Origin: Ranitomeya imitator
Lineage: Eukaryota
NCBI RefSeq assembly: GCF_032444005.1
Contig: NC_091288.1
Location: 215,636,001 to 215,700,000 of the forward strand
Direction of reading: 5' to 3'
DNA: 64,000 bases
Position 1 is the first letter of the stretch. Every line of letters starts with the position of its first letter. Positions 34,601 through 45,989 of this stretch are shown here, one piece after another. A program made the translations under genes and the position numbers. The notes below the pieces were generated by a model. It was not told the origin of the DNA. It saw nothing but the letters and a program-made list of their open reading frames with translations, and made no database searches.

Positions 34601-37600
34601 CACGCAGTATATAGCAGCCACGCAGTATATAACACAGGCAACGTAATATATTGCACAGCCTACGCAGTATATGGCAGCCACGTAGTATATAACACTGCCC
34701 ACGCAGTATATAGCAGCCATAGTATATAACACTGCCCACGCAGTATATAACAGTGGCCACGTAATATATAGCACAGTCCACGCAGTATATAACACAGCAC
34801 ACGGAGTATATAACACTGCCTATGTAGTATATAGCAGCCATGCGGTATCTAACACAGCCCACGCAGTATATAACACAGGCCACACAGTATATAACACTGG
34901 CCACGTAATATATAGCACAGCCCACGCAGTATATAGCAGCCACGTAGTATATAACACTACCCGCGCAGTATATAACACAGCCCACGGAGTATATAACACT
35001 GCCTATATAGTATATAGCAGCCACGCGGTATCTAACAGCTCACGTAGTATACAGCAGTGTGGGCACCATATCCCTGTTAAAAAAAAAATTATTAAAATAA
35101 AAAATAGTTATATACTCACCCCCTGGGATCCACCGAAGCTCTGGCGATACGGGCGTGGCTGACGCCATCTTCCGTTCCCAGGATGCATTGCGAAATTACC
35201 CAGATGACTTAGCGGTCTCGTGAGACCGCTAAGTCTTCTGGGTAATTTCGCAATGCATCGCCGGGAATGGAAGATGGCGGCAGGCGCGAGCGGCTCGGCG
35301 GACTACGGAGGGTGAGAATAGCAGGTTTTTTGTTTTTTTATTATTTTTAACATTACATTTTTTTTACTATTGATCCCGCATCAATAGTAAAAAGTTGGGG
35401 ACACACAGGTTTTTGTTTTTTTTTGATTCAAAAAGATTTTTATTAAGAATAACAATATAATTGACATATTACATTCTTGTTTTCAATAGGGGACACACAG
35501 GGTTAATAGCAGCGGTTACGGAGCGTGTTACCCGCGGCATAACGCGGTCCGTTGGGGAGTATGCGGTCATCGGGCACTGACTGCGGGGAGTAAGGAGCGG
35601 CCATTTTCTTCCGGACTGTGCCCGTCACTGATTGGTCGCGGCTGTTTTGCTGCGACCAATCAGCGACTTGGATTTCCATGACAGACAGAGGCCGCGACCA
35701 ATGAATATCCGTGACAGACAGACAGAAAGACGGAAGTGACCCTTAGACAATTATATAGATTATTAAAATGCACATTAAAATGCACAAATTTGTATCCTTG
35801 CAATTATCACATTGGCCACTGGGGCAATTTTAGAATGATACTTCTTGACTTTTCAGAAGTCACATTGTCATTAAAGGCAGGATTACAATGGCAGGTAACA
35901 CCTTTATACACAGGATCCACCAATCACAATAGGTGGTTACAGCTGATGCTTCACAATGAACTTTGCACTTGCTCATTAGATGCTTCAATACAAAAGATAG
36001 GGGCGGAGTCTCCTCATTGCTGCTAATTTAAATGTGCATTTCCTGAAACAGCAAGAAGTTAGAGCAGTGTTTCCCAAACTCCAGTCCTCAAGGACCCCAC
36101 AGGTCATGTTTTCAGGATTTCCTTAGGATTGCGCAAGTAGTGGAAGTTTCATCAAGGCATCAGGAATTGATTCATCTGTGCAACACTATGGAAATCCTGA
36201 AAACGTGACCCGTGGGGTCCGTGAGGACTTGAATTTGGGAACTACTGAGTTAGACAATAAAAAAAAAGTCCCAGTGGCCGGTGCGAGAACTGCAAGATTT
36301 TGACTTAAAAAAAATATATTTTTGTGCTAAATCTTATATATTTCAAGAGTAGGCCATTTCCTAATTATAAATTCCCTTTAAGTTACATTTAGACGGGACC
36401 ATTTTGGCCCATAACAAGCACCAGCAGGCTACAGTATATACGTACTGATTAGCACTTATTGGCAGAGGAGAAATTATGGGAACATATTGGAACCTAATAT
36501 GATCATTCTGCGCTCATATAGCACCATTTTATCGGCAGCACATCCTCTGTGTATACCAATAATCATGATTTTTATGCCACATAAACCATCCAATCACCTG
36601 ATAAATGAGTGTTTTGACCTTTTCGTCAGGTGATCGCTGACTTGATCAATGATCAGGAACTAGCACTCTTACGAAAGCTGGTTTGGCAATTGTAGTCTCA
36701 GGTTGTCGCACCTTTAGTTCTATGTTCTACGCCGTTCTCGCACTCATCCCGCAATGTTCTCGCGCTGCAGACGCCTTTCCTGAATTACGGTTATTTATGA
36801 GAAGTGATTCGCTCCTCGGTTATTTTTTTTTAGCATATTTTACTTTGATTGAGCAGAATGTGTCTGAAAGGAAACATTTTATTTCAGCTGCAAAACGGTC
36901 TGGGATGAAAATGCTGAGAAGTTACTAGCAGAGGTTTACAGCATCACGGGTAGGTGACCACTTTGCGGTTTTTGGTTAGACCTTCTTAGTAGATGGAGTG
37001 ACGGTCAATATCACAGGTAGGTGTCCAAAACTCGATGATGCCATACAACATGGCTGCCAGAATGCAACATTGCACTACATCCCTCATTTCCAACTCCTCA
37101 TATATCTAGGATTACTTCTTCTTCATAACCAGTAGGGTCTATATTCATAGGAATACCTATAACCATGGAATAATTTTTTTCCTGGTGATTTCTTTGTAGT
37201 TTTGATTAATTTCTGAGATAGGAAGTAGCCGGCTGATATCTACCGCTATCAGCCATATAAACTTTTTATTTTAGCGGCCGTCTTCGGCTCGGTCTCGAAC
37301 CATGGCGACTTGATGAAAGAAGAATCTGTAGGAAGATCGATCTTGTGCAGCCTAGATAGGTCCACCAGGGTCTTCTCCGCTGTTATCTTGATAGTTTTCA
37401 GCCATCGGATTGCTGGTGTTCCTCTTCGCCGTGCTCCTTCTATTCTTCTGACCATGATGTCCTTCTCCAGTGATTACGCTATAAGCTACAAGGACAAATT
37501 CCTCTGTCACTCGGCCACCCAGAAGTTCTTCTCTGTTCCTTTCTTCAATTCTGCCTGGCAGTCAAGCACAGTGATAAAACTGCACGCTTCCTATAAAGCA

Positions 37601-38342
37601 CTGCCAAAGAACAAGAGAAGTGTTGTCTGGGGGAAAAAAAAAAGATCTCGACAGAGGGAGGAAGGAGCTAACTTCTCGTCCTACTGGTTCTCAAGAGAAA
37701 AATAAACAGAAATAACTGTATTGGAAGGGCGTAAAACAACGGGACCTTTATTGGGGGGTGTAGTATGCAGACATTGACCCCATATCATAACTTAGAGGTC
37801 CTAGTCCATCACGATTGCTAGTTAGTGAGTCTAGAACAAGAAATATTTTTCATTTTGTCTTTTCTTCCTTTCATTGGTTTCCCAATTATTTGTTCATCCC
37901 AGTAATTTACCTGATCTCCATGGAGGGTAGGATGGTCCCAATTATCTTTATAGGTATCGTATTTTTACTCTTCTTGAAGCCAGATCCATTCCACTATGAG
38001 ATTTTTTTTGTACTTACAGGAATTCACCCAATCATTGTCATCACACACTCGTCCTCCAAGAACTGTGGCGAATTTATTGAAAAGTTGAAAAAGTTAAAGT
38101 CAACTCACTTTATCACGTTGGAAAACTACACTGAGAAAAACCCAAAACCAAACCCCGAAATTGATGGCAAAATCGTGGAGTTCCTACAGACGTGCATTAA
38201 AGAAGCAGAGTCCAGAATTAAAAAGATGTCGGAAGAAGATCCATCTCAGAGAATAGTTCAACAGACAACTCAGCAGGTTAATGAGGAGGCAGCAAAAGTG
38301 AAGGAATCACGTGATCGACTGCAGAAAGTTCTGAGGAAATAG
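28638..38342 (+). CDS. IFI44/IFI44L-like P-loop GTPase without a TLDc domain, copy A (287 aa, 4 exons)
   Basis: Exons 28638-28992, 33975-34098, 36888-36949 and 38020-38342 join with consistent phases (864 nt). G1 GMLGQGKS, G3 DNRG, VFVH, GIHPIIVITH and LENY match the IFI44-family C-terminal domain pattern; in-frame TAG 9 nt upstream of the ATG. Confidence 0.82.
29169..30736 (-). mobile_element. Full-length Tc1/mariner element of the DD35E (Traveler-like) class
   Basis: TA TSD on both sides; TIRs CAGTCATGGCCAAAA / TTTTGTCCATGACTG; 1568 bp; single transposase ORF. Confidence 0.93.
29361..30362 (-). CDS. Tc1-family transposase, DD35E, 333 aa, stop 5 codons before the likely native end
   Basis: MVISKETR..., GRPRK, FSDES, FQHDG and [11 protein letters not shown]; 35 residues between the second D and the E; KKKG-TAA-HCKY-TGA. 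Confidence 0.9.
   Translation of the reverse strand: MVISKETRAAIIALHKNGLTGKSIAATKIAPQSTIYRIIKNFKERASIVVKNAPGRPRKTSKRQDRILKLFQLRDRTPSSAKLAQEWQQAGVSASACTVRRRLFEQGLVSRRAAKKPLLSRKNIRDRLILCKRYREWTAEDWGKVIFSDESPFRLFGTSGKQLIRRRIGERYHQSCLMPTVKHPETIHVWVCFSAKGIGSLTVLPKNTAMNKEWYQNVLQEQLLPTVQERFGAQQCLFQHDGASCHKAKVITKWLMEQNIEILGPWPGKSPDLNPIENLWSIIKRRVDKQKPTNSGKMQALIMQEWTAISQDLVQKLIESMPGRIAEVLKKKG
34371..35759 (-). mobile_element. Non-autonomous Helitron with an internal ~21-bp minisatellite (copy A only)
   Basis: Minus strand starts TC and ends with hairpin CCCGAT-GCGTTAGA-ATCGGG then CCACCATCTAG; inserted between A and T; absent at the matching site in unit 2 (~54480). Confidence 0.82.
35410..35488 (-). 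mobile_element. Short poly(A)-tailed retroposed fragment inside the Helitron
   Basis: 13-bp direct repeat GGGGACACACAGG on both sides; minus strand has AATAAA followed by an A-rich tail. Confidence 0.65.
36065..36247. mobile_element. hAT-type MITE (copy A only)
   Basis: TSD AGTTAGAG / AGTTAGAC; related to 15339-15500; empty site at ~54765 in unit 2. Confidence 0.85.
37249..37490 (-). mobile_element. 3' fragment of an RTE-clade LINE
   Basis: Translation SLEKDIMVRRIEGARRRGTPAIRWL resembles the RTE C-terminal SLEKxIMLGKIEGxRRRGRPxxRW motif; duplicated at 55766-56010. Confidence 0.75.
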
Positions 38343-39989
38343 AGAAGTTCTGAAGGAACAGGTTATAAACCAGAGAAGCTAAGATAGCGGAAAAAAAGGA
38401 CATTGAGCTTTTGCCTGTTGCAAGTGAGGCTTTATTTGTAGCTCGCTGTTGTGATACTTTCCTAGTCTTTTTCGCCAATTGTAACTTTTGATTCTTTTCT
38501 TTGCAAAAAATAAAACAAAACATTCACTTTTGGCCAAGATTTGTAGCCTTTAATACTTATCTTGGAGAGCATATCTTCTTTTCGATGCGACGCCATCAGT
38601 CTCCACCACCAGCTAGGTCCTGTTCAGGTTTGTGTGTGTTTTTTTACACTGCTGGACGTTTACATTTGTATGTCACAAAAAAGGTGTTCAAACGTAATCA
38701 TTGGCGCAAAGGTGGTTAAAAAATGATTACCGTCGACTAGGTTTGATTTAGACATATGCTTTTTTTTTTAGAGAACACGCAGTAAATGCACCAGTCATGC
38801 ATTATTCTCAGGATCTATCTTCAGGAGAGCACCGCTCCTCTGCCTCCTGCTTGCCGGGAGTCAGTGGGCTTCGGATGACTGACAGTTCGGCTATACGGCA
38901 AGGTTGAGCCGTTGGTCCAAACAGTGCACCCTTCCATGCTGCAAGAAAACCCCTTTAACTGTCTATGGCATATTTCCCTGGTGTTACATCACACATGTTC
39001 ATTGTCGCTTGGCAGAGCCGTCTGCATTGATACAATGGGAATTTTCTTCCTGTAGTTTCCCCTTAAGTCCAGGGGAAAAACTTCTGCTCTTAATGTATAT
39101 TTAGTACAGAGAAGCTTTCACTATAATCCCAAATTTTTACAATCCTTGATGGAACTGTACAATGGATGTGACAAGAGGAATGATATTTAGAAGAACAGAT
39201 GATGAGCACCTGTAGAACAGAGAAGAAGGGGTAAATGCAGAGGTACCAGATCATTTTCACTTTCGCTCTGGATGTTTCCAGTAAATATATTTGTGGAATT
39301 TGTTCTGGGTGTGGTGGCAAGATAAAGGGCGTTATAAAAAAATATCTGCAGGTTGCGGTCAGACTTCTACAATTCTGTTTCTGGAGAAGCTGGGTGGCCA
39401 ACAGCACAAAGAATAATAAGCGGAAAAATCCCTACATTTTTTTTATGAATCCTATAAAAAAATTAATGAAATCAGCACTTTGAAGTCGAAGAAGTACAAT
39501 TTGGCCTTGGTCTCCCTACTGCTGGACCCCATGGCGGTGCCCATCACTCTGATCTCCAGCCTATATATATCACTGTTGTAATGTCATTTTCTAATGAAGA
39601 CTTGTCCAAAATGTAAGATAGTTAAATTCCAAGTCAATCTGTGTCTCAACCAAGAGCAAAACTACAACTTCCAGCAGATCCTGGCAGCCTATGGTTGTAC
39701 ATTATATTAAAGGGAATAACTAAATGAATGACAGTTAGCTCCCGGTGTCTTCTGTGGTGATTTTCATCGGTCAACACTAAATAGGAAGATGATGATGAAA
39801 CTCATGGTTTACAGGAATCAAATATATAACATTCAGAAGGTAAAAATACATCAAAGGCTATAGCCAAATAATACTGCCTGCTGTGCACAAGGATATAATT
39901 ATACTGACTCCTGTGGACAAATATTGATACTTTAATACTGGACACAGATATAGCTACAATAAAATAATTGCTTATGACGTTATTCTCTT

Positions 39990-41005
39990 GTATATCAGGG
40001 GCAGTTTTATAGTAGTTATATTCTTGTACACAGGGTCATTATTATAGTAGTTATATTCTTGTACATAGGGGCATTATTATAGTAGGTATATTCTTGGACA
40101 TAGGGGGAGTATTATGGTAGTTATATTCTTGGACATAGGGGCAGTATTATAGTAGTTATATTCTTGGACATAGGGGCAGTATTATAGTAATTATATTCTT
40201 GTACATAGGGGCAGTATTATAGTAGTTAAATTCTTGTACATAGGGGCAGTATTATATTAGTTATATTCTTGTACATAGGAGCAGTATTATAGTATTTATA
40301 GTCTTGTACATAGGGGCAGTATTATAGTAGTTATAGTCTTGTACATAGGGGCAGTATTATAGTAGTTATATTCTTGTACATAGGAGCAGTATTATAGTAG
40401 TTATATTCTTGTACATAGGAGCAGTATTATAGTAGTTACATTCTTGTACATAGGGGCATTATAGTAGTTATAGTCTTGTACATAGGGGCAGTATTATAGT
40501 AGTTATAGTCTTGTACATAGGGGCAGTATTATAGTAGTTATAATGTACATAGGGGCAGCATTATAGTATAGTCTTGTACATATGGGCAGTATTATAGTAG
40601 TTATATTCTTGTACATAAGAGCAGTATTATAGTTATATTCTTGTACATAGGGGCAGCATTATAGTAGTTATATTCTTGTACATAGGGGCAGCATTATAGT
40701 AGTTATATTCTTGTACATAGGGGTAGTATTATAGTAGTCATATTCTTGTACATAGGAGCAATATTATAGTAGTTATATTCTTGTATATAGGGGCAGTATT
40801 ATAGTAGTTATATTCTTGTACATAGAGGGCAGTATTATAGTAGTTATATTCTTGTACATAGGGGCAGTATTATAGCAGTTATATTCCTGTACATAGGGGC
40901 AGTATTATAGTAGTTATATTCTTTTACATAAGAGCAGTATTATAGTAGTTATATTCTTGTACATAGGGACAGTATTATAGTAGTTATATTCTTGTACATA
41001 GGGAC
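39990..41005. repeat. ~35-bp satellite GGGGCAGTATTATAGTAGTTATATTCTTGTACATA (unit 1)
   Basis: About 1 kb tandem array. Confidence 0.95.
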
Positions 41006-41010
41006 AATAT

Positions 41011-41680
41011 TGTAATGGCTTTCTACGTAGGGCTACTGTCACTGGGTTACCGCAATGGAGCGGAGCCAGAAGACCGCGTCTGGTTGCTCCTACTCCACTG
41101 CTGAGAAAAAGCACTTCTCCGGTTTAAATAAATGTGTTTATTTCTTCCAGCAGGACAGGGGTTAGTCAGCCATGTTGGAAATCCCTGTGTTCAGCTGTGA
41201 TCGGTTAGCCACTCCTTTTCTCTAAAATGTGGCCTCTAATACCAAGTCCTTGTCAGAGTTAGCTCTTGATGCATTACAAAAGGAGAGAGAAGTTGATACT
41301 GTAAGAGGAGAGCTGGAGGAGCTAGAAGCGACTGATGTTTGGTTTGTGGGCTTGACAATTCCTTATCCTTCCCTGTTTTGCTTTCTTCCTCTTCCTGCAC
41401 ACCCCGGTGGATTCCTCTGTTATATGTGAGTGAATATTTTGTGTGTGGAGTTTTCAGTTACCCCATGTCTTTGTTGATCTGTTTGTCGGGTTGGTGTACT
41501 GCGGTGCACAATAGCGCCCCCTCTTCCCTGGGTGGAGGAAGGGGACAGACGAAGGGCCCTGGCATCTTTCCCATCTGAAGTATCCCCAGGAACAGGGCGA
41601 GCTACGGCGCCTCAGAGTGTAGGGCCAGGAAAGGAGCCCATGGTCCCAGGTCACTCGACAGCTGTGTCGTGACACTTACA
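41011..41680. mobile_element. Possible solo LTR
   Basis: TGTAA...TTACA (or ...CGTGACA) termini around a ~670-bp non-coding block; no TSD found. Confidence 0.35.
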
Positions 41681-42206
41681 TTAAGAGGCAAAGTACAATG
41701 AATCTGTACCTGTTCCTCTAACATATCTTTATATATTTTCATCCCATTCTTGTAAACAGCAGGAAGAATCTTGTAATTACACACAGTCTCAGGAACTTTG
41801 CCATTTTTTTATTACCTTTCATGCAAATTCTACCTGCATATTATCTGTGCTTCAGCAGTACCTGAGGGCTGTTGAGTTCTCTCGGAAGGCAGCTAGGTCC
41901 ACGTTGTATGCAGCTACATTATTTCTATATTAAAATGGATTATTTTTGTTGGGTTCGGTGGATTTTATTCCTCATGTTTCTTTGAAGTTTAGTGCACCAG
42001 CTGTTGTGGGACTACAACTCACAGCATATCCTTACAGTCTATCCAATCAAATCTTGGAGACTGAACTTTATTTGTTAAAGTGCATGGGCTCAGAATATTA
42101 TAACATGTAATTTCCATTAAATGTGACTTTGGTATTATGCCTAATAAGTGTAATAAATATTTTGTCGGTTTTTATGTCTTTTCTTGTTGCTTTTTTGCTT
42201 AGAGAG

Positions 42207-42516
42207 ATGGTGGACTCGATAAGCAATGACTCATCACTGCAAAGGCTCCATGATTACAGCCCGGAATCTAAGTATGAACAGGTCAGCCTGCAATTATTTG
42301 GGATGCAGGGGTACGGAAAATCCTCTTTTATTAACACGTGCATGAATATTGTCCACGGAGGAACTTTTACCAATGTGGCTGGATCTGGGAAGTCTGACAA
42401 ACCTATCACTATGGAGAGAATGGACTATAACCTGTCATCTAAAGTGCTCATCACCGATAACTGAGGGCTTGGCAAAATGAGCCCGGAAGAGCGGGAAGAG
42501 ATGGCCGCCCAGATGG
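42207..42516 (+). pseudogene. Exon 1 of a third, divergent IFI44-like GTPase; premature stop and no downstream exons
   Basis: MVDSISND...VSLQLFGMQGYGKSSFINTC...MERMDYNLSSKVLITDN-TGA-GLGKMSPEEREEMAAQM; TGA (42462-42464) replaces the Arg of DNRG; phase-1 donor ATGG|GTATGT as in the paralogs; cut off by the junction at 43093. Confidence 0.8.
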
Positions 42517-43092
42517 GTATGTCTGCTAACCCTCTTGTCTATGTTAGGGGGCATTGCCACGTGCCAATGCTCTTGTCAATTTACATTGTAAAAATTATTT
42601 GCAACGTTTGCCTGTGATTCCTACTATCAAATCCTGTAAATACATCTGCCAAATTTTTGCTATATGGGAAAGTACCCTAAAGGGAAGCTCTACCTTTACG
42701 GTAACTTTGGCCATGTCACAGTTGTGTTGGCAGAGACCACCCTATGCCGCTTTTAGACTCAGCATATTGATGTTGATTGGAGTTGCCTTGATTTGCAAAA
42801 AGTTGGATTTTTTTGCAACTTGTTTTTGGTGCGGTAGCAGTACCTTATGGGTCACAATGTGACCCCATGCACCTGCGTTATGTGACTATGTAACCCCGGT
42901 GGTGTCACCATTAGTGATGAGCAAGCATGCTCCGATAAGGTGGTATCTGAGCATGCTCTTGTGATAAGTGTCTTCTGCATACGCAAATATTATGTTTGAG
43001 TCCCCGCAGTTGCTATCAAACAGCCGCAAGCCATGCAGCCACGGAGACTCGAACATAGTATTTGAGCATGCCAAAGACACTTAATTATCACA

Positions 43093-43590
43093 GTCAGTCA
43101 GCTGAGCGACACCTGAGTCACGGGACTGCGGAGGCTGAGATGGGAGCACACGCTGTATACCGTGTATATGGGGTGTAATATGTACGCTAATCACAGTGTC
43201 CTGTCGCCAGAAGGGGGCGCACTCTAATACTACTGATCCGCCTGTGGGAAACGAGTAGAGAGCGGAGGATTGTGTGCGACTAACGACCACTAACTGCTGT
43301 TACACTTTATTAAAGGCTCTTTTATATCACACGTGTCGTGTCTGTGATGCATAAATCGAAGACTGGAACGTCCCTTTAAGCTGCAGTTCACTTGTGACTA
43401 TTGAAATGTCATTTTTCTCTGTACAAATCACAACCACAATGCTTCCACGGGGGAAATGGACCAACTATGACTCAGTCAGAAGTCGCTCGATATTTTCCTA
43501 TAGTTGAAAAGTTTTGATGTCATGGCATCTGACGTACACTGGTAGTGGTGTAACCCAGGCACCAAACTCTACAGGGGTGCAGGTAAAGAT
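43093..43590 (+). pseudogene. Duplicated RABEP2 tail (last codons VSQLSDT*, 3' UTR and flank)
   Basis: High identity to 22498-23000, including the stop codon and ATTAAA; no upstream acceptor or exons. Confidence 0.92.
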
Positions 43591-44975
43591 GGTACTAGGG
43601 TTGGGTTAGGATTAGAGCTAGGGTAGAGGTGGTACTAGGGTTGGGTTAGGATTAGAGGTGGTATTAGGGTTGGGTTAGGATTACAGCTAGAGTAGAGGTG
43701 GTATTAGGGTTGGGTTAGGATTAGAGCTAATGTAGAGGTGGTACTAGGGTTGGGTTAGGATTGCAGCTAGAGTAGAGGTGGTACTAGGGTAGGTTAGGAT
43801 TAGAGCTAGGGTAGAGGTGGTACTAGGGTTGGGTTGGGATTAGAGCTAGGGTAGAGGTGGTACTAGGGTTGGATTAGAATTAGCGCTAGAGTAGAGGTGG
43901 TACTAGGGTAGGTTAGGATTAGAGCTAGGGTAGAGGTGGTACTAGGGTTGGGTTGGGATTAGAGCTAGGGTAGAGGTGGTACTAAGGTAGGTTAGGATTA
44001 GAGCTAGGGTTGGGTTAGGATTAGAGGTGGTACTAGGGTTGGGTCAGGATTAGAGCTAGGGTAGAGGTGGTACAAGGGTTGGGTTAGAAAAAGAGCTGGG
44101 GTAGAGGTGGTACGAGGGTTGGGTTAGGATTAGAGCAAGGGTAGAGGTGGTACTAGGATTGGGTAATGATTAGAGCTAGGGTAGAGGTGGTACTAGGGTA
44201 GGTTAGGATTAGAGCTAGGGTTGGGTTAGGATTAGTGGTGGTACTAGGGTTGGGTTAGGATTACAGCTATGGTAGAGGTGGTACTAGGGTTGGATTAGGA
44301 TTACAGCTAGGGTAGAGGTGGTACTAGGGTTGGGTTAGGATTACAGCTAGGGTAGAGGTGGTACTAGGGTTGGGTTAGGATTACAGCTTGGGTAGAGGTG
44401 GTACTAGGGTTGGATTAGGATTACAGCTAGGGTAGAGGTGGTACTAGGGTTGGGTTAGGATTACAGCTAGGGTAGAGGTGGTACTAGGGTTGGGTTAGGA
44501 TTACAGCTTGGGTAGAGGTGGTACTAGGGTTGGATTAGGATTACAGCTAGGGTAGAGGTGGTTCTAGGGTTGGGTTAGGATTACAGCTAGGGTAGAGGTG
44601 GTACTAGGGTTGGGTTAGGATTACAGCTAGGGTAGAGGTGGTACTAGGGTCGGGTTAGGACTACAGCTAGATTAGAGGTGGTACTAGGGTTGGGTTAGGA
44701 CTATAGCTAGAGTAGAGGTACTAGGGTTGGATTATGATTACAGCTAGGGTAGAGGTGGTACTAGGGTTGGGTTAGGATTACAGCTTGGGTAGAGGTGGTA
44801 CTAGGGTTGGATTATGATTACAGCTGGGGTAGGGATGGTACTAGGGTCAGGTTAGGATTACAGCTTAGGGTAGAGGTGGTACTAGGATCAGGTTAGGATT
44901 ACAGCTTAGGGTAGAGGTGGTACTAGGGTTGGGGTAGAGGTGGGGGTAGGATAGAGTTAGGTCTATAGTTAGGGT
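43590..44975. repeat. Telomere-like 40-bp satellite, unit 2 (shorter, no inserts)
   Basis: Same consensus as 23003-28110. Confidence 0.95.
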
Positions 44976-45989
44976 GGTAAATAAATATGTGTATCTTTTA
45001 TGTCTGCAGCAAAAATCAGAATAATTTACAGCGCCATAGAGCAAAGTATAATCCCTTCAGCATTTTCTTAAAATACACTCCATGTTCTTGGGCTATAAGG
45101 GGTTCAGTACTGGATTGGTGCTGTGGATTCGGGGTGCGCTATTTAATCGGGAAAATACAATTTTCCTGCCACAGACCTGGTGATCCGTCCTATCCTACTG
45201 GTGACAGATGATCAAACATTCTGGATTAGACAGAAGTAAATAATTATAGCCATATGTTTGCGGTTTTCCTCATTTTCACTGCATTTTCTCACACCTCAGC
45301 TCTTTTTTCAGATTCTGTCCACCTTTTAGAGGATGTGGTGTTGTTGTTTTTTTTAGAATATAAATGGATGTATAAGAAAATAGTCAGTGCTGCTTTGTTC
45401 AGTGATCGATCTTTATTGCAGTTGCAGCTCCATTTTTTGGACACAGAATCTTAAAGTATAATTTTTTGTGCCTGCAGTCACCACTAGGGGGAGCACACTG
45501 CATACGTGAAACTTAATAACAGTCTGCAGTGAGCAGCCGCCATTGGAACAATCTGAACCCCCCTTACCTACCGTAACTATTGAAAAATGTGAAAAAAAAA
45601 ATTAAAAACAAAAATACATAAACGTAAAAGTTTTCATCATCATGCTTTTCCCCAGATGCAAATAGTGAAATAAAATCTAAAAATATTTTGATAAACGTAA
45701 TGGAGTGATGCTGTAATGCTGCGGACACCAAACTTAAATTAAGTTGAACGAATCTGAGCAGCAATTCCACACACAACCTGTAGACAGGGGTGGCGCTGTT
45801 TTTTTGAAAGGAGAACCAAAGATCAGGGACATGGCATATGAACCACTGTATCTGAATTATGAGGTTTCCCTTTAAATGCATTTTTCTGTCCTCGAATAAT
45901 CTGCTGATCTCTTCTCCGCCTTTTTTTTTCCAAAGTTACTTTCACTTTTGAAACTGAAAGCATTGGAGCAGCTTCAGCTTTAGCTGACC

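Larger units (their letters stand above)
22498..43092. repeat. Segmental duplication unit 1 (~20.6 kb); unit 2 starts at 43093 and runs past the window end
   Basis: Colinear high-identity blocks: RABEP2 tail and 3' UTR, 40-bp satellite, IFI44-like exons and introns, RTE fragment, 3' flank and 35-bp satellite; offset 20595 at the junction. Confidence 0.93.

Noticed and set aside
37815-38019. Hydrophobic N-terminal part of the 175-aa ORF (and 56328-56532) as a TM segment
   Set aside because: Intronic T-rich sequence upstream of the TACTTACAG acceptor; the true exon starts at 38020 (56533 in copy B)
38400-42100. ATP2A1 3' exons expected from mammalian synteny
   Set aside because: No SERCA-like peptide recognised on either strand in this window
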